Assembly (NCBI GenBank): GCA_964404335.1
Contig: CAYOJR010000002.1
Span: 1 to 44,235 of the forward strand
Origin: an uncultured Aquabacterium sp.
GTDB lineage: Bacteria > Pseudomonadota > Gammaproteobacteria > Burkholderiales > Burkholderiaceae_C
DNA length: 44,235 nucleotides
Reading direction: 5' to 3'
Below the pieces are notes generated by a model, which saw nothing but the letters and a program-made list of their open reading frames with translations, was not told where the DNA came from and searched no databases. Positions within the stretch are counted from its first letter, which is position 1, and each line of letters begins with the position of its first letter. A program made the translations under genes and the position numbers. Shown piece after piece: positions 1 through 11,566 of this stretch.

Positions 1-17
1 GTGCCTGGATTGTGCCC

Positions 18-1124
18 ATGACCCGCCCTTTCAATTTTTCAGCCGGCCCGGCCGCCCTGCCTGAAGAAGTCCTGCAGCAGGCCGCCAGCGAAATGCTGGA
101 CTGGCATGGTTCGGGCATGGGCGTGATGGAGATGAGCCACCGCGGCAAGGAGTTCACGGCCATTGCCCATCAGGCCGAAGCCGACCTGCGCGAGATCCTC
201 TCGGTGCCGGCTACGCACAAGATCCTGTTCATGCAGGGCGGCGCCATCGCCGAAAACGCCATCGTGCCGATGAATCTGTCGCGCGGTGGCCGTGCAGATT
301 ACGTGATCACGGGTTCGTGGTCGCAAAAGTCGGCCAAGGAAGCGCACAAGTACTGCGAAGTGCACATTGCCGCCAGCAATGCCGGCGATCACCACACCAC
401 CCTGCCCGACTACGGTAGCTGGCAGATCAGCGACAACGCGGCCTACGTACATGTGTGCAGCAACGAGACCATTCACGGGGTCGAGATGCACGAGCTGCCC
501 GATCTGGCGGCACTGGGCACCCAAGCGCCCTTGGTGATCGACTGCTCCTCGCACATCGTCTCGCGTCCCATCGACTGGTCGCGCGTGAGTCTGGCCTATG
601 CCGGCGCTCAAAAGAACATCGGCCCGGCCGGCCTGACCCTGGTCATCGTGCGCGAAGACCTGATCGGTCATGCCCTGCCGATCACGCCGTCGGCCTTCGA
701 CTACAAGATCGTGGCCGACAACGGTTCGATGTACAACACGCCGCCCACCTACCCCTGGTACCTGGCCGGCCTCGTCTTCCAGTGGATCAAGCGGCAACGC
801 GAGGGCGAGCTCACCGGTCTGGCGGCCATCGAGGCACGCAACGTCGCCAAAGCCACACTGTTCTACGATTACGTCGATGCCTCGGGCTTCTACGTCAACA
901 AGGTGGCCGGCAACTGCCGCTCGCGCATGAACATCCCCTTCTTCCTGCCGTCAGACGAGCTGAACGACGCCTTCCTGAGCGGCGCCAAGGAAGCTGGGCT
1001 GCTGCAACTCAAGGGCCACAAGAGCGTGGGCGGGATGCGCGCCTCCATCTACAACGCCATGCCGCTGGCCGGCGTTCAAGCCTTGGTGGACTACATGAAG
1101 ACCTTTGCCGCACGCCATGGTTGA
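18..1124 (+). CDS. serC: Phosphoserine aminotransferase
   Basis: FNFSAGPA N-terminus, [12 protein letters not shown] lysine in [25 protein letters not shown]; ATG at 18 preferred over GTG at 12. Confidence 0.97.
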   Translation: MTRPFNFSAGPAALPEEVLQQAASEMLDWHGSGMGVMEMSHRGKEFTAIAHQAEADLREILSVPATHKILFMQGGAIAENAIVPMNLSRGGRADYVITGSWSQKSAKEAHKYCEVHIAASNAGDHHTTLPDYGSWQISDNAAYVHVCSNETIHGVEMHELPDLAALGTQAPLVIDCSSHIVSRPIDWSRVSLAYAGAQKNIGPAGLTLVIVREDLIGHALPITPSAFDYKIVADNGSMYNTPPTYPWYLAGLVFQWIKRQREGELTGLAAIEARNVAKATLFYDYVDASGFYVNKVAGNCRSRMNIPFFLPSDELNDAFLSGAKEAGLLQLKGHKSVGGMRASIYNAMPLAGVQALVDYMKTFAARHG

Positions 1125-2241
1125 TGCCGCGCACTTCCAGCCCGACGGTCGCCCGGTGGACGAGCAACTCGCCGACCTGCGCGTGCGCATCGACGCGCTG
1201 GATCGACAACTGCTCGATCTGGTCAACCAACGCGCCCGCTTGGCACAGGCAGTGGGTGAGGTCAAGAAGATCGACGGTTCACCCGTGTTCCGCCCCGACC
1301 GCGAAGCGCAGGTCATCGACCGCATCAAGGCACAGAACCCAGGGCCTCTGCGCGAAGACAGTCTGGCGCCCATCTGGCGTGAAATCATGTCGGCCTGCCG
1401 TGCGCTGGAAGCGCGCCAGCGCGTGGCCTTCCTCGGCCCCATCGGCACCTTCAGCGAACAGGCCACGCTGAACTACTTTGGCTCGTCTCTTGAAGCACTG
1501 GCCTGTCCGTCGGTCGACGAAGTGTTCCGCGCCACCATCGCGGGCTCGGCCGACTACGGTGTCGTGCCGGTCGAGAACTCCACTGAAGGCGTCGTGGCCC
1601 GAACACTCGACCTGCTACAGGCCTCGCCGCTGACCATCGTCGGCGAAACCAGCCTGCTGGTGACCCACAACCTGCTGCGCCAGACGCCATCGCGCGAGGG
1701 TATCAAGGCCGTGTGTGCCCACCCACAAGCGCTGGCGCAATGTCACAACTGGCTGAGTCAGAACCTGCCTGATGTCGAACGCCGCCCGGTGTCCAGCAAT
1801 GCAGAGGGTGCCCGACTGGCAAGCCAGGATGACACCATCGCGGCACTGGCCAGTGAACGCGCGGCGGCTCAGTATGGTTTGCATGTCGTGCAGGGGGCCG
1901 TGCAGGACGAAGCCCACAACCGCACGCGCTTTGTGATCGTCACCCGACCGGGATCACACGTCGGCGTGGCGCCCACCGGGCACGACTGCACCAGCCTCAT
2001 CGTCTCGGTGGACAATCGACCTGGAGCGGTGCATGACATGCTGGTGCCTTTGAAGCGCCACGGTGTTTCCATGACCCGTTTCGAGTCACGCCCGGCACGT
2101 TCGGGCAGCTGGGATTACGTTTTCTTCATCGACCTGGCCGGCCATCCGGCGCAGGACAATGTGGCCGCCGCCCTGCAGGAGCTGCGCGCCCAGTGTTCAT
2201 TCTTCAAGGTGCTCGGCAGCTATCCGCTGGACGTGCACTGA
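1117..2241 (+). CDS. pheA: Chorismate mutase/prephenate dehydratase (P-protein)
   Basis: CM domain ([17 protein letters not shown]), PDT motifs [17 protein letters not shown] and NRTRF, ACT domain ESRP; ATG 1117 overlaps serC end. Confidence 0.96.
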   Translation: MVDAAHFQPDGRPVDEQLADLRVRIDALDRQLLDLVNQRARLAQAVGEVKKIDGSPVFRPDREAQVIDRIKAQNPGPLREDSLAPIWREIMSACRALEARQRVAFLGPIGTFSEQATLNYFGSSLEALACPSVDEVFRATIAGSADYGVVPVENSTEGVVARTLDLLQASPLTIVGETSLLVTHNLLRQTPSREGIKAVCAHPQALAQCHNWLSQNLPDVERRPVSSNAEGARLASQDDTIAALASERAAAQYGLHVVQGAVQDEAHNRTRFVIVTRPGSHVGVAPTGHDCTSLIVSVDNRPGAVHDMLVPLKRHGVSMTRFESRPARSGSWDYVFFIDLAGHPAQDNVAAALQELRAQCSFFKVLGSYPLDVH

Positions 2242-2260
2242 ATTCCAAGGATCTTGCAGC

Positions 2261-3145
2261 ATGTTCAACCAACTTGGCCTGATCGGCTGTGGCCTCATGG
2301 GGGGCTCCTTTGCCCTGGCCCTGAAAAAAGCCGGGCTGGTCAAGCGTGTCGTTGGCTACAGCAAATCTCCTTCCACGGTTGAGAAAGCGCGTCGCCTGGG
2401 GGTGATCGACGTGGCCGCCGAGTCGGCACTGTTGGCCGTGTCGGGTTCCGACATCGTGCTGATCGCCGTGCCGGTGGCAGCCAGTGAAGGCACCTTCAAG
2501 TCGATTCGCCACCTGGTCAACCCCGGTGTGCTGTTCATGGACGTGGGCTCGACCAAGCGCGATGTGGTCGATGCCGCACGCCGCGTGCTGAAAGAGCGCC
2601 TGCCCTCATTCGTGCCCGCGCACCCGATTGCCGGGCGTGAAGTGGCCGGCATCGAACACGCCGACCCGACCCTGTACCAGGGCCGCAAGGTCATCCTGAC
2701 CCCCTTGCAGCAGACCGATCCGGTGTTGGTGCAAAAGGCCACTGACGCATGGGCGGCTGTGGGCTGCCAGGTGCTCAAGATGAGCCCGGAACACCACGAT
2801 GCGGCCTTTGCCGCTGTGAGCCATCTGCCGCACCTGCTGGCCTTTGCCTACATGAACGCCATGGCTGAGCAGCCCGCTGGGCAGGAGTACCTGTCCCTCG
2901 CGGGCCCCGGCTTCCGGGACTTCAGCCGCATCGCGGCGAGCGACCCCACCATCTGGCGTGACATCCTGCTCTCCAACCGCGAGGAAATCCTCAAGCAGTC
3001 CGAAACCTTCCGGCACGCGCTGGAAGATCTGGAGCGCCAGATGCGCGACTGGAACGGCCCTGCGTTGGAAAATCTGATCGAGACAGCATCGACCTCCCGC
3101 AGTCAGTGGCAATTGAGCCCCAAGTCCACGTTCTCTCGTCTCTGA
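2261..3145 (+). CDS. tyrA: Prephenate/cyclohexadienyl dehydrogenase
   Basis: Rossmann [38 protein letters not shown]; position between pheA and aroA. Confidence 0.93.
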   Translation: MFNQLGLIGCGLMGGSFALALKKAGLVKRVVGYSKSPSTVEKARRLGVIDVAAESALLAVSGSDIVLIAVPVAASEGTFKSIRHLVNPGVLFMDVGSTKRDVVDAARRVLKERLPSFVPAHPIAGREVAGIEHADPTLYQGRKVILTPLQQTDPVLVQKATDAWAAVGCQVLKMSPEHHDAAFAAVSHLPHLLAFAYMNAMAEQPAGQEYLSLAGPGFRDFSRIAASDPTIWRDILLSNREEILKQSETFRHALEDLERQMRDWNGPALENLIETASTSRSQWQLSPKSTFSRL

Positions 3146-3198
3146 GGACCGTTCCGCATGACGCGGAACACAGCAGTGCCTTTTCGTCGCCCTTTCGC

Positions 3199-5244
3199 AT
3201 GTACACCACCGCCTTCCTCGACCTTCCTCCGCTGCTGTCTGCCGGGGGTGCCGTGCGCCTGCCCGGCTCCAAGAGCATTTCCAACCGGGTGCTGCTGCTC
3301 GCCGGCCTGAGTGAAGGCACCACCGTGGTCCACGATCTGCTGGCCTCCGATGACACCCACGTGATGCTCGAAGCCTTGCGCATCCTGGGTTGCGATCTGG
3401 AGCAAAGTGGTGACACGGTTCGCATCACCGGTCTGGGTGGGCAATTGGCCGTGAAGCAAGCCGACCTGTTCCTGGGCAATGCCGGCACCGCCATGCGCCC
3501 GCTGACCGCCGCCTTGGCTCTGCTGTCGGCCACGCAAGGTGGCGTCTTCACCTTGTCGGGTGTACCGCGCATGCACGAGCGCCCCATCGGTGACCTGGTC
3601 GACGCGCTACGCCCGTTGGGTTGCACCATCGAATGCACTGGCAGCGAAGGCTATCCGCCATTGCGCCTGGCCGGTGGTCAACTCGAGCTGTCAGCGCCCA
3701 TCAAGGTGCGCGGCGATGTGTCCAGCCAGTTTCTGACCGCCCTGCTGCTGGCTCTGCCACTGGTGTCGCAGCAACAGGCGCTGACCATCGAGGTGGTGGG
3801 CGAGCTCATTTCCAAGCCCTACATCGAGATCACGCTGAACCTGCTGGCCCGCTTCGGCATCCGGGTCGAGCGCCAGGGCTGGGAGCGTTTCATCATCCCG
3901 CAGGGCAGCCGCTACCAGTCGCCCGGTGAGATCCACGTCGAGGCCGATGCCTCGTCGGCGTCCTATTTCATCGCCGCCGGCGCCATCGCTGGCATCGACA
4001 CGCCGGTGCGCGTCGAAGGCGTGGGGGCCGCCTCCATCCAGGGTGACATCCGCTTCGTGGAGGCCGCCCAGGCCATGGGGGCCCAGGTCACCTCTGGCCC
4101 GAACTGGCTGGAAATCTGCCGTGGCGCCTGGCCGTTGACCGCTGTCGACATGGACTGCAACCACATCCCGGACGCCGCAATGACCCTGGCGGTGATGGCC
4201 TTGTACGCCCAGGGCACGACTCGCCTGCGCAACATCGCCAGTTGGCGCGTGAAGGAAACCGACCGCATCGCGGCGATGGCCTGTGAACTGCGCAAGCTGG
4301 GCGCCACCGTGGTCGAAGGCGAGGACTTCATCGAGATCACGCCCCCCGTCGCCAGTGGCTGGGAGCACGCCAGCATCCACACCTACGACGACCACCGCAT
4401 GGCGATGTGCTTCTCGCTGGCCGCCTTCAACCCGTTGGCCCCCACAGCGATTCCCGGCAAACCCATTTCGGTGCGCATCGACGATCCACGCTGCGTCGGC
4501 AAGACCTTCCCCGACTATTTCGAGTCGCTGTTCCAGGTGGCCCAGACGGACCCCGACCTGATCCCCGTGATCACGGTGGACGGCCCCACCGCCTCGGGCA
4601 AGGGCACGCTGGCCAGCGCCCTGGCGCATCGCCTGGGTTACAAATTCCTGGATTCAGGTTCGCTGTACCGCATCACCGCGCTGCTGGCCCTGGAGCAAAA
4701 CGTGGATCTCGACGATGCCACGGCGCTGGAAGTCCTGGCTCGCCAGGTCGGCACGGACATCAGTCTGCGTTTTGACGGCATGCACGTCTGGGTCGATGGT
4801 CGCGACGTCAGTGACGACCTGCGTCGTGAAGATGTGGGCCAGACGGCCTCCCGCATCTCGGCCGTGCCCGGTCTGCGTCAGGCGCTGGTCGAATTGCAGA
4901 AAGCCTTCCGAGGGTTGCCCGGCCTTGTGGCCGATGGTCGCGACATGGGCACCGTGATCTTTCCGGACGCCGCACTGAAGGTTTTTCTGACCGCCACGGC
5001 GGCCGAGCGCGCCGAGCGTCGGTACAAGCAATTGATCCAAAAAGGATTTTCTGCTAACCTAGACGAGATTTGCGCAGATTTGGAAGCGCGCGACTTGCGG
5101 GATCGCACCCGCGTTGTGTCGCCTCTCGTGCCTGCTGCAGATGCCCGCAAACTCGACAATTCGGCATTGACCATCGAAGAATCGATGGACACCGTGCTGG
5201 GTTGGTGGGTGGAAGGCTGGCCTCACGTGATCGCCGGGCACTGA
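3199..5244 (+). CDS. aroA-cmk: Fused EPSP synthase (AroA) / cytidylate kinase (Cmk)
   Basis: [36 protein letters not shown]; then in frame from ~4561 [31 protein letters not shown]. Confidence 0.95.
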   Translation: MYTTAFLDLPPLLSAGGAVRLPGSKSISNRVLLLAGLSEGTTVVHDLLASDDTHVMLEALRILGCDLEQSGDTVRITGLGGQLAVKQADLFLGNAGTAMRPLTAALALLSATQGGVFTLSGVPRMHERPIGDLVDALRPLGCTIECTGSEGYPPLRLAGGQLELSAPIKVRGDVSSQFLTALLLALPLVSQQQALTIEVVGELISKPYIEITLNLLARFGIRVERQGWERFIIPQGSRYQSPGEIHVEADASSASYFIAAGAIAGIDTPVRVEGVGAASIQGDIRFVEAAQAMGAQVTSGPNWLEICRGAWPLTAVDMDCNHIPDAAMTLAVMALYAQGTTRLRNIASWRVKETDRIAAMACELRKLGATVVEGEDFIEITPPVASGWEHASIHTYDDHRMAMCFSLAAFNPLAPTAIPGKPISVRIDDPRCVGKTFPDYFESLFQVAQTDPDLIPVITVDGPTASGKGTLASALAHRLGYKFLDSGSLYRITALLALEQNVDLDDATALEVLARQVGTDISLRFDGMHVWVDGRDVSDDLRREDVGQTASRISAVPGLRQALVELQKAFRGLPGLVADGRDMGTVIFPDAALKVFLTATAAERAERRYKQLIQKGFSANLDEICADLEARDLRDRTRVVSPLVPAADARKLDNSALTIEESMDTVLGWWVEGWPHVIAGH

Positions 5245-5429
5245 GTTCGCGACACGAAGCAGGCCGTTATCAAGGCTGTGACAGCCGGCTCTGGCCGCCA
5301 GGTCGGAGCATGATTCGTCTGGGTCGACACCTCGTTGGCCTGGTTGTCATGTTCTACAACCCAACCCGTTCCGGTCGTTCCTGTCGATCTGAGCGTTTCC
5401 GCTGGTCTCAAGCCAGCACAGGAAATTCA

Positions 5430-7115
5430 ATGTCTGAATCTTTTGCCGCCCTTTTTGAAGAGTCGTTGCAGCGCGCCAATATGCGCACCGGCGAAGTCAT
5501 CACTGCTGAAGTGGTCGCCGTGGAACACAACTTCGTCGTGGTCAACGCCGGTCTGAAGTCCGAAGCGTATGTGCCCATCGACGAGTTCCGCAACGACACG
5601 GGCGAGATCGAAGTCCAAGTGGGTGACTTCGTGTCCGTGGCTGTTGACGCCATCGAAAACGGCTACGGCGACACCATCCTGTCGCGCGACAAGGCCAAGC
5701 GTCTGGCTTCGTGGCTGTCCCTGGAAACCGCTCTGGAGTCTGGCGACTTCGTGACCGGCACCGTCAATGGCAAGGTCAAGGGCGGCCTGACCGTTCTGGT
5801 CAACGGCATCCGTGCCTTCCTGCCGGGTTCTTTGCTCGATACGCGCCCTGTCAAGGACATGTCGCCGTTCGAAGGCAAGACCATGGAATTCAAGGTCATC
5901 AAGCTGGACCGCAAGCGCAACAACGTGGTGCTGTCGCGCCGCGCTGTGGTCGAAGCCTCGATGGGCGAAGAGCGCGCCAAGCTGATGGAAACGCTGCGTG
6001 AAGGCGCCATCGTCCAAGGCGTGGTCAAGAACATCACCGAATACGGTGCGTTCGTGGACCTGGGTGGCATCGACGGCCTGCTGCACATCACCGACATGGC
6101 CTGGCGCCGTGTCCGTCACCCCTCCGAAGTGGTGACCGTGGGCCAAGAGCTGACCGCCAAGGTCCTGAAGTTCGACGCCGAGAAGAACCGCGTCTCGCTG
6201 GGCCTGAAGCAAATGGGCGACGATCCGTGGGTTGGCGTGTCGCGCCGTTACCCCGCTTCGACCCGCCTGTTCGGCAAGGTCACCAACATCGCTGACTACG
6301 GCGCGTTCGTCGAGATCGAACCCGGCATCGAAGGCCTGGTGCACGTCTCCGAAATGGACTGGACCAACAAGAACATCGCTCCCAACAAGATCGTCAACCT
6401 GGGCGATGAAGTGGAAGTCATGGTCCTGGAAATCGACGAAGACAAGCGTCGCATCTCCCTGGGCATGAAGCAGTGCAAGCCGAACCCCTGGGACGACTTC
6501 GCTCAGAGCTTCAACCGCGGTGACAAGGTCAAGGGTCCCGTCAAGTCGATCACCGACTTCGGCGTGTTTGTGGGTCTGGCCGCCGGCATCGACGGTCTGG
6601 TTCACCTCTCCGACCTGTCTTGGAATGAGCCCGGTGAAGCTGCCGTGCGCAACTACAAGAAGGGCCAGGAAGTCGAAGCCATCGTTTTGGCCATCGACGT
6701 CGAGCGCGAGCGCATCTCCCTGGGCATCAAGCAGCTGGACAGCGATCCGTTCACCAACTTCACGACCCTGAACGACCGTGGCGCTACCGTCACCGGCACC
6801 GTCAAGACCGTGGATGCCAAGGGCGCCGAGATCAACCTGGGTGACGACATCATCGGTTACCTGCGCGCTTCCGAAATCAGCCGCGACCGCGTCGAAGACG
6901 CACGCAACGTGCTGAAGGAAGGCGACGAAGTATCGGCCGTGATCATCAACATCGACCGCAAGACCCGCAACATCCAGTTGTCGATCAAGGCGAAGGACAG
7001 CGTTGAAGAGCAACAAGCTCTGCAACGTCTGAGCTCTGAGACCACCAAGGAAGGCGCCGGCACCACCAGCCTGGGCGCCCTGCTGAAGGCCAAGCTCGAC
7101 CAGAACAACGGTTGA
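5430..7115 (+). CDS. rpsA: 30S ribosomal protein S1
   Basis: [12 protein letters not shown] start, repeated S1 domains ([44 protein letters not shown]), 561 aa; AGGA upstream. Confidence 0.98.
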   Translation: MSESFAALFEESLQRANMRTGEVITAEVVAVEHNFVVVNAGLKSEAYVPIDEFRNDTGEIEVQVGDFVSVAVDAIENGYGDTILSRDKAKRLASWLSLETALESGDFVTGTVNGKVKGGLTVLVNGIRAFLPGSLLDTRPVKDMSPFEGKTMEFKVIKLDRKRNNVVLSRRAVVEASMGEERAKLMETLREGAIVQGVVKNITEYGAFVDLGGIDGLLHITDMAWRRVRHPSEVVTVGQELTAKVLKFDAEKNRVSLGLKQMGDDPWVGVSRRYPASTRLFGKVTNIADYGAFVEIEPGIEGLVHVSEMDWTNKNIAPNKIVNLGDEVEVMVLEIDEDKRRISLGMKQCKPNPWDDFAQSFNRGDKVKGPVKSITDFGVFVGLAAGIDGLVHLSDLSWNEPGEAAVRNYKKGQEVEAIVLAIDVERERISLGIKQLDSDPFTNFTTLNDRGATVTGTVKTVDAKGAEINLGDDIIGYLRASEISRDRVEDARNVLKEGDEVSAVIINIDRKTRNIQLSIKAKDSVEEQQALQRLSSETTKEGAGTTSLGALLKAKLDQNNG

Positions 7116-7179
7116 TCCGTCTTCTGCGCACCACATCCCTGCCGACCCCGGTTGGCGGGGGTTGTGATGAGCATGGTAC

Positions 7180-7220
7180 AAAGCCCCAGGTCCTGGTCCG
7201 CCAGGCCCATGGGGCTTTTT
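7180..7220 (+). terminator. Rho-independent terminator-like hairpin after rpsA
   Basis: AAAGCCCCA...CCTGG-TCCG-CCAGG...TGGGGCTTT followed by further T's. Confidence 0.65.
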
Positions 7221-7261
7221 GCTGATGCTGATCACAACCTCCTGTTTTTCGCCGTTCTGAC

Positions 7262-7600
7262 ATGACCCGTTCCGACCTCGTGGCCCGTCTGGCCGAACGC
7301 TTTGGCCAGCTCACCCAGCGCGATGCAGAATTCGCGGTCAAAACCATCCTGGACGCGATGTCCGAGGCGCTGGCGAAAGGGCACCGCATCGAGATCCGTG
7401 GTTTTGGCAGTTTCTCGATCAGTCGGCGCCCACCACGGATGGGGCGCAACCCGCGCACCGGCGAGCAGGTTTTGATCCCGGAAAAGCTGGTGCCGCACTT
7501 CAAGCCGGGCAAAGCCCTGCGTGAAGGCGTCGACCAGGTGGCGACTGTGGCCGATGCTGCTGCGGTGGCAGCTGCCGCACCCGACAACTCACACAGATGA
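7262..7600 (+). CDS. ihfB: Integration host factor beta subunit
   Basis: [32 protein letters not shown]; follows rpsA; Ala-rich C-terminal tail. Confidence 0.96.
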   Translation: MTRSDLVARLAERFGQLTQRDAEFAVKTILDAMSEALAKGHRIEIRGFGSFSISRRPPRMGRNPRTGEQVLIPEKLVPHFKPGKALREGVDQVATVADAAAVAAAAPDNSHR

Positions 7601-7607
7601 GATACCC

Positions 7608-7982
7608 ATGCGTACCTTGAACTGGTTGTGGCGCGGTCTTCTGTTTTTCGTTCTGTTCGCCTTTGCGCTGAACAATCAGCACACGGTGGCGCTCAAGTGG
7701 TTCCTGGGTTACCAGTGGCAAGCACCGATGGTCTTCATCGTGCTGGCCGCCTTCGCGCTGGGTTGTGTGGCCGGGGTGTTGGCCATGGTGCCGAGCTGGT
7801 GGCGTCACCGTCGCGAGGCTCGCAATCGCCTGCTGTTGATGCCGTCTGTCACCAAGACTGAAACGGGCTTTGCTGGCACACCGGTCGCCCCCCCCCAGGG
7901 CGGTGCAGCCACCGAGTTGACCCTGCCGCCTGAGCTGCCCTTTCCTCCTGACATGCCCGCGCCGCGCAAGCCTGGCAAGTAA
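7608..7982 (+). CDS. lapA: LPS assembly protein A
   Basis: Two hydrophobic segments (FFVLFAFALNN; FIVLAAFALGCVAGVL); ihfB-lapA-lapB synteny; Pro-rich tail. Confidence 0.85.
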   Translation: MRTLNWLWRGLLFFVLFAFALNNQHTVALKWFLGYQWQAPMVFIVLAAFALGCVAGVLAMVPSWWRHRREARNRLLLMPSVTKTETGFAGTPVAPPQGGAATELTLPPELPFPPDMPAPRKPGK

Positions 7983-8008
7983 GACGCGCGCCCTCTTTTC
8001 TCGTGCCC

Positions 8009-9166
8009 ATGGAATTTGATCTGTACTGGTTGCTTCTGGCTGCCCCGGTGATGTTTTTGCTGGGCTGGATGGCGTCGCGCCTCGATCTGCGACAACTCAG
8101 GCGCGAAGATCAGGCATCGCCCCAGGCCTACTTCAAGGGCTTGAACCTGCTGCTCAACGAGCAACAGGACAAGGCCATTGACGCCTTCATCGAGGCCGTT
8201 CAGCACGATCCCGGGACCACCGATCTGCACTTTGCCTTGGGCAACCTGTTTCGCCGCCGAGGCGAGTACGAGCGTGCCATCCGCATCCACCAGCACCTGC
8301 TGTCGCGTGGCGACTTGAAGCGTGAAGAGCGTGAGCGTGCCCAGCATGCCCTGGCGCACGATTTCATGAAGGCGGGGCTGTTTGACCGCGCGGAAGAAGC
8401 CTTCAAGGCGCTGGAAGGCACTGCCTTCAACACCGATGCCCGGCTGGCTCTGCTGTCTCTGTACGAACGCTCACGCAACTGGCATCCCGCCATTGAGGTG
8501 GCCCGTCAACTCGAGGCCACGGGGACCGGTTCCTTCTCGCAACGCAGCGCCCACCACTGGTGCGAGGTGGCGCAGGAGGCCGATGCGCGCGGACGCACCG
8601 ACGAAGCCGAACAAGCCCTGGCCCGCGCTCTGGAGGCCGGCCCCCAGGCCGCACGGCCCTTGGTGTTACAGGGCCAGCGTCTGGTACGTCAGGGCAAGCA
8701 TGCCGAGGCCCTGCAGGTCTGGGACGAGTTGATGGTCAAGCAACCACAGGCCTTTGCCTTGATTGCCATGGACTACGCACACAGCGCTCAGGCTTGCGAT
8801 GCGGTCCCTGCCGCGCTGGTCAAGCTGCAATCGGTGTACGCGCAAGCGCCGACGATGGACGTGCTGACCGCCATCGGTGAGCTGCAACCCGACGCAGCCG
8901 ACCGCCGCGATGCCATCATGCGTCATCTGCGGCAGCAGCCCTCGCTGTCAGCCGCACAAAGCCTGATCCGTGAGCGTCTGGTCAGTCACGTGCCCCTGGA
9001 AGAAGCCGAGATCGAAGTGCTGCAACAGGCCCTGACCAGTGCCGCCAAGCCGCTGCAACGCTACCGTTGCGCGGCCTGCGGCTTCGAGAGCCAGCACTAT
9101 TTCTGGCAATGCCCAGGCTGCCAGAACTGGGACACCTACCCGCCCCGGCGCCTGGAAGATCAGTGA
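8009..9166 (+). CDS. lapB: LPS assembly protein B (TPR + rubredoxin-like)
   Basis: N-terminal TM, YFKGLNLLLNEQQDKAI, LGNLFRRRGE, C-terminal CAACG...WQCPGC. Confidence 0.95.
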   Translation: MEFDLYWLLLAAPVMFLLGWMASRLDLRQLRREDQASPQAYFKGLNLLLNEQQDKAIDAFIEAVQHDPGTTDLHFALGNLFRRRGEYERAIRIHQHLLSRGDLKREERERAQHALAHDFMKAGLFDRAEEAFKALEGTAFNTDARLALLSLYERSRNWHPAIEVARQLEATGTGSFSQRSAHHWCEVAQEADARGRTDEAEQALARALEAGPQAARPLVLQGQRLVRQGKHAEALQVWDELMVKQPQAFALIAMDYAHSAQACDAVPAALVKLQSVYAQAPTMDVLTAIGELQPDAADRRDAIMRHLRQQPSLSAAQSLIRERLVSHVPLEEAEIEVLQQALTSAAKPLQRYRCAACGFESQHYFWQCPGCQNWDTYPPRRLEDQ

Positions 9167-9723
9167 GCCATGCCGTGATGATGCTGGACGCCCTGCCCCG
9201 GCGTACCTGGCATCATCATGTGACCCTTGATCGGCACGCTGACCGTCTGGGTGACGGCCTTGCCATCGGCCGTGCGCAGTTTCAGCGTGAGTTCGAGCGC
9301 GTCACCCTCTTTCAGCATGCCTTGAAGTTGGGTCAACATCAGGTGCTGCCCACCCGGACGCAGCACGACGGCCTGTCCTGCAGGCAGGGCCAGCGTGGAA
9401 ATGGCGCGCATGCGCATCACTTGACCATCCATGGTCATTTCATGTAACTCGGGCACGCCTGGACGAGTCATGCTGAAGCCTTCCAGGGTGAGCGGCTGGC
9501 GTGCGGTCAACACCATGAAACCACCCGTCGCGGTTTGCCCCTTGACCGTGGCGCGAATCCAGGCCGAATCAACCTGCACCCACTGGGCGGTTGCAGAAGC
9601 GTTGTGACCTTGCCTGGGCGCCACATCTGGCGAAGCCTGGTTGCCTTGCGCCACACCGACCGTGAAAGACAGCGCCAGCACAGCAGCGGTTGTGCGAGAA
9701 AGCAAACGAAGAGAGCGGGACAT
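9160..9723 (-). CDS. Periplasmic copper chaperone PCu(A)C
   Basis: Signal peptide, AWIRAT, ELHEM...MRMR...PGGQHLML copper motif; SD GGAGG upstream. Confidence 0.88.
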   Translation of the reverse strand: MSRSLRLLSRTTAAVLALSFTVGVAQGNQASPDVAPRQGHNASATAQWVQVDSAWIRATVKGQTATGGFMVLTARQPLTLEGFSMTRPGVPELHEMTMDGQVMRMRAISTLALPAGQAVVLRPGGQHLMLTQLQGMLKEGDALELTLKLRTADGKAVTQTVSVPIKGHMMMPGTPGQGVQHHHGMAH

Positions 9724-9797
9724 TCAGAAACCTCCAACGTGTTGAGTCACAGCCATCAAGTCTAGTGCTGAACCGCCACATTGCGCGTCATGCGACA

Positions 9798-11336
9798 TCA
9801 GGATGGCGACAGGGCGCGTCGGTACTGGATGGCCTCGGCCATGTGGGCGGTGGTGATGCACTCGGCTTCGGCGAGATCGGCGATGGTGCGCGCCAGTTTG
9901 AGCACGCGATGGAACGCACGACCCGACCAACCGAGGCGCGTACAGGCTGATTGCAGGAATGCCTGAGCAGCAGGCTCGGCATGCGCATGGCGCTCAAGCG
10001 AGGCGCCCTCCAGATCAGCGTTGAGCTGCCCTTGTCTGGCCCATTGACGGGCTCTGGCTGCCACGACGCGCTGCGCCACCTCGGCAGAAGAGGCGCCCTC
10101 ACCGCCGCGCGCCAACACCTCGGGTGCCACAGCCGGCACCTCCACTTGCACATCGATGCGGTCCAGCAAGGGGCCGCTGAGCCGCCCCTGGTAGCGCGAC
10201 ACCTGGTCAGGCGTGCAGCGACAGGCTTTGAGAGGATTGCCAAAGTGTCCGCAAGGACAGGGGTTCATGGCGGCGACGAGCTGGAAACGGGCCGGGAAAT
10301 CATGCCGCCGCGCCGCGCGCGAGATGGTGATGTGGCCGGTTTCGAGAGGTTCGCGCAACGCCTCCAGGGCCGCTCGAGGGAACTCGGGCAGTTCATCCAG
10401 GAAGAGAACGCCATGGTGCGCCAGCGAGATCTCGCCGGGGCGTGGGGGCGAGCCACCGCCGACCAGGGCCACGGAGGAGGCCGTATGGTGAGGGCTGCGA
10501 ACCGTGCGGTGCCGCCAGCGGCTGGCATCGAAGTGTCCGGCCAGGCTGAGCACCGCAGCGGATTCAAGGGCTTCATCGGGGGTCAATTCGGGCAGCAAGC
10601 TAGCAAAACGCTGCGCCAACATCGACTTGCCGCTGCCGGGTGGGCCCATCATCAGCACCGAATGTGCGCCAGCGGCCGCGATCTCCAGCGCGCGCTTGGC
10701 CGCCGACTGCCCTTTGACCTCACACAAGTCAGGCCGGTTTGCACAGACTGATGATGCCCCCGCCAGCACCGACTGGGTGCGCACCAAGGTGGCACCCGAG
10801 CCCTGCCCGCTGGGTCGCAGGGCTTCGACGACGCCCATGAGATGGTCGGCGCCGTACAGGCAGGCACCTTCGACCAGGGCGGCCTCCTCGGCACTGGCGC
10901 GTGGCAGGACAAGGCCGCGCGCTTGTCCACTGCGGGTGTCCTTCAACAAGGCCAAGGCCATGGGCAAGGCGCCACGCACCGGACGCAGTTCGCCACCGAG
11001 CGACAACTCGCCCGCAAACTCAAGGTCACGCAGGCGACTGGCATCCAGGTGTCCCATCGCGGCCAGAATGCCCAGCGCGATCGGCAGGTCAAAACGCCCC
11101 GACTCCTTGGGCAAATCGGCTGGGGCCAGGTTGACCGTGATGCGCTTGTTGAAGGGAAACTCCAGGCCGCAGTTGCTGAGGGCGGCGCGCACACGCTCAC
11201 GCGCTTCTTTGACTTCCGTGTCGACCAGTCCCACCAGGGTGAACGAGGGCAAGCCATTGGCAAGATGAACCTCGACGGTGACCTCTGGCGCCTTGAGCCC
11301 ATCCAGGGCACGGCTGTGAACAATGGCAAGGGACAT
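9798..11336 (-). CDS. comM: YifB/ComM Mg-chelatase-like AAA+ ATPase
   Basis: VEVHLANGLP, ITVNLAPADLPKE, GPPGSGKS, RPGEISLAHHGVLFLDE, MNPCPCG, SGPLLDRID; start moved to MSLAIVHSRAL. Confidence 0.94.
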   Translation of the reverse strand: MSLAIVHSRALDGLKAPEVTVEVHLANGLPSFTLVGLVDTEVKEARERVRAALSNCGLEFPFNKRITVNLAPADLPKESGRFDLPIALGILAAMGHLDASRLRDLEFAGELSLGGELRPVRGALPMALALLKDTRSGQARGLVLPRASAEEAALVEGACLYGADHLMGVVEALRPSGQGSGATLVRTQSVLAGASSVCANRPDLCEVKGQSAAKRALEIAAAGAHSVLMMGPPGSGKSMLAQRFASLLPELTPDEALESAAVLSLAGHFDASRWRHRTVRSPHHTASSVALVGGGSPPRPGEISLAHHGVLFLDELPEFPRAALEALREPLETGHITISRAARRHDFPARFQLVAAMNPCPCGHFGNPLKACRCTPDQVSRYQGRLSGPLLDRIDVQVEVPAVAPEVLARGGEGASSAEVAQRVVAARARQWARQGQLNADLEGASLERHAHAEPAAQAFLQSACTRLGWSGRAFHRVLKLARTIADLAEAECITTAHMAEAIQYRRALSPS

Positions 11337-11438
11337 GAGCGGGGAGGCAGCGCGGGGCCCGTGGGGAAAAAGGGCGATTGTGGCGACCCCACGCAGCTGC
11401 CGCACTCCCTCTGAGGGGCGAACCACCGCGCCGACGCC

Positions 11439-11505
11439 AGCACCGTTTTGGTGAGCCTCGCGTCGAGGTCGCCCGGAGCGGTCGCTCATGCACCAGATCG
11501 GGGCG
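11439..11505 (+). promoter_or_regulatory. Two NtrC-like enhancer sites upstream of glnK
   Basis: AGCACCGTTTTGGTGAG (11439-11455) and TGCACCAGATCGGGGCG (11489-11505) resemble TGCACC-N5-GGTGCA; located upstream of the sigma54 motif. Confidence 0.7.
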
Positions 11506-11566
11506 CATGTCGATGACAAGCCTGCCAGATCGCATGGTCGGCTCATCGGCTGGCACATCGTGTGCG

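Noticed and set aside
5070-5429. N-terminal extension of RpsA in the ORF track (likewise for comM, tyrA, aroA, rfaE1, msbA, GT4, GT9)
   Set aside because: Longest-ORF artefacts overlapping neighbours or promoters; conserved N-termini begin at later starts
5427-7235. 602-aa antisense ORF over rpsA, and similar long antisense ORFs over serC, aroA, amtB, kup, uup and the kinase
   Set aside because: Mirror frames of strongly biased high-GC genes lack stops; no recognisable motifs
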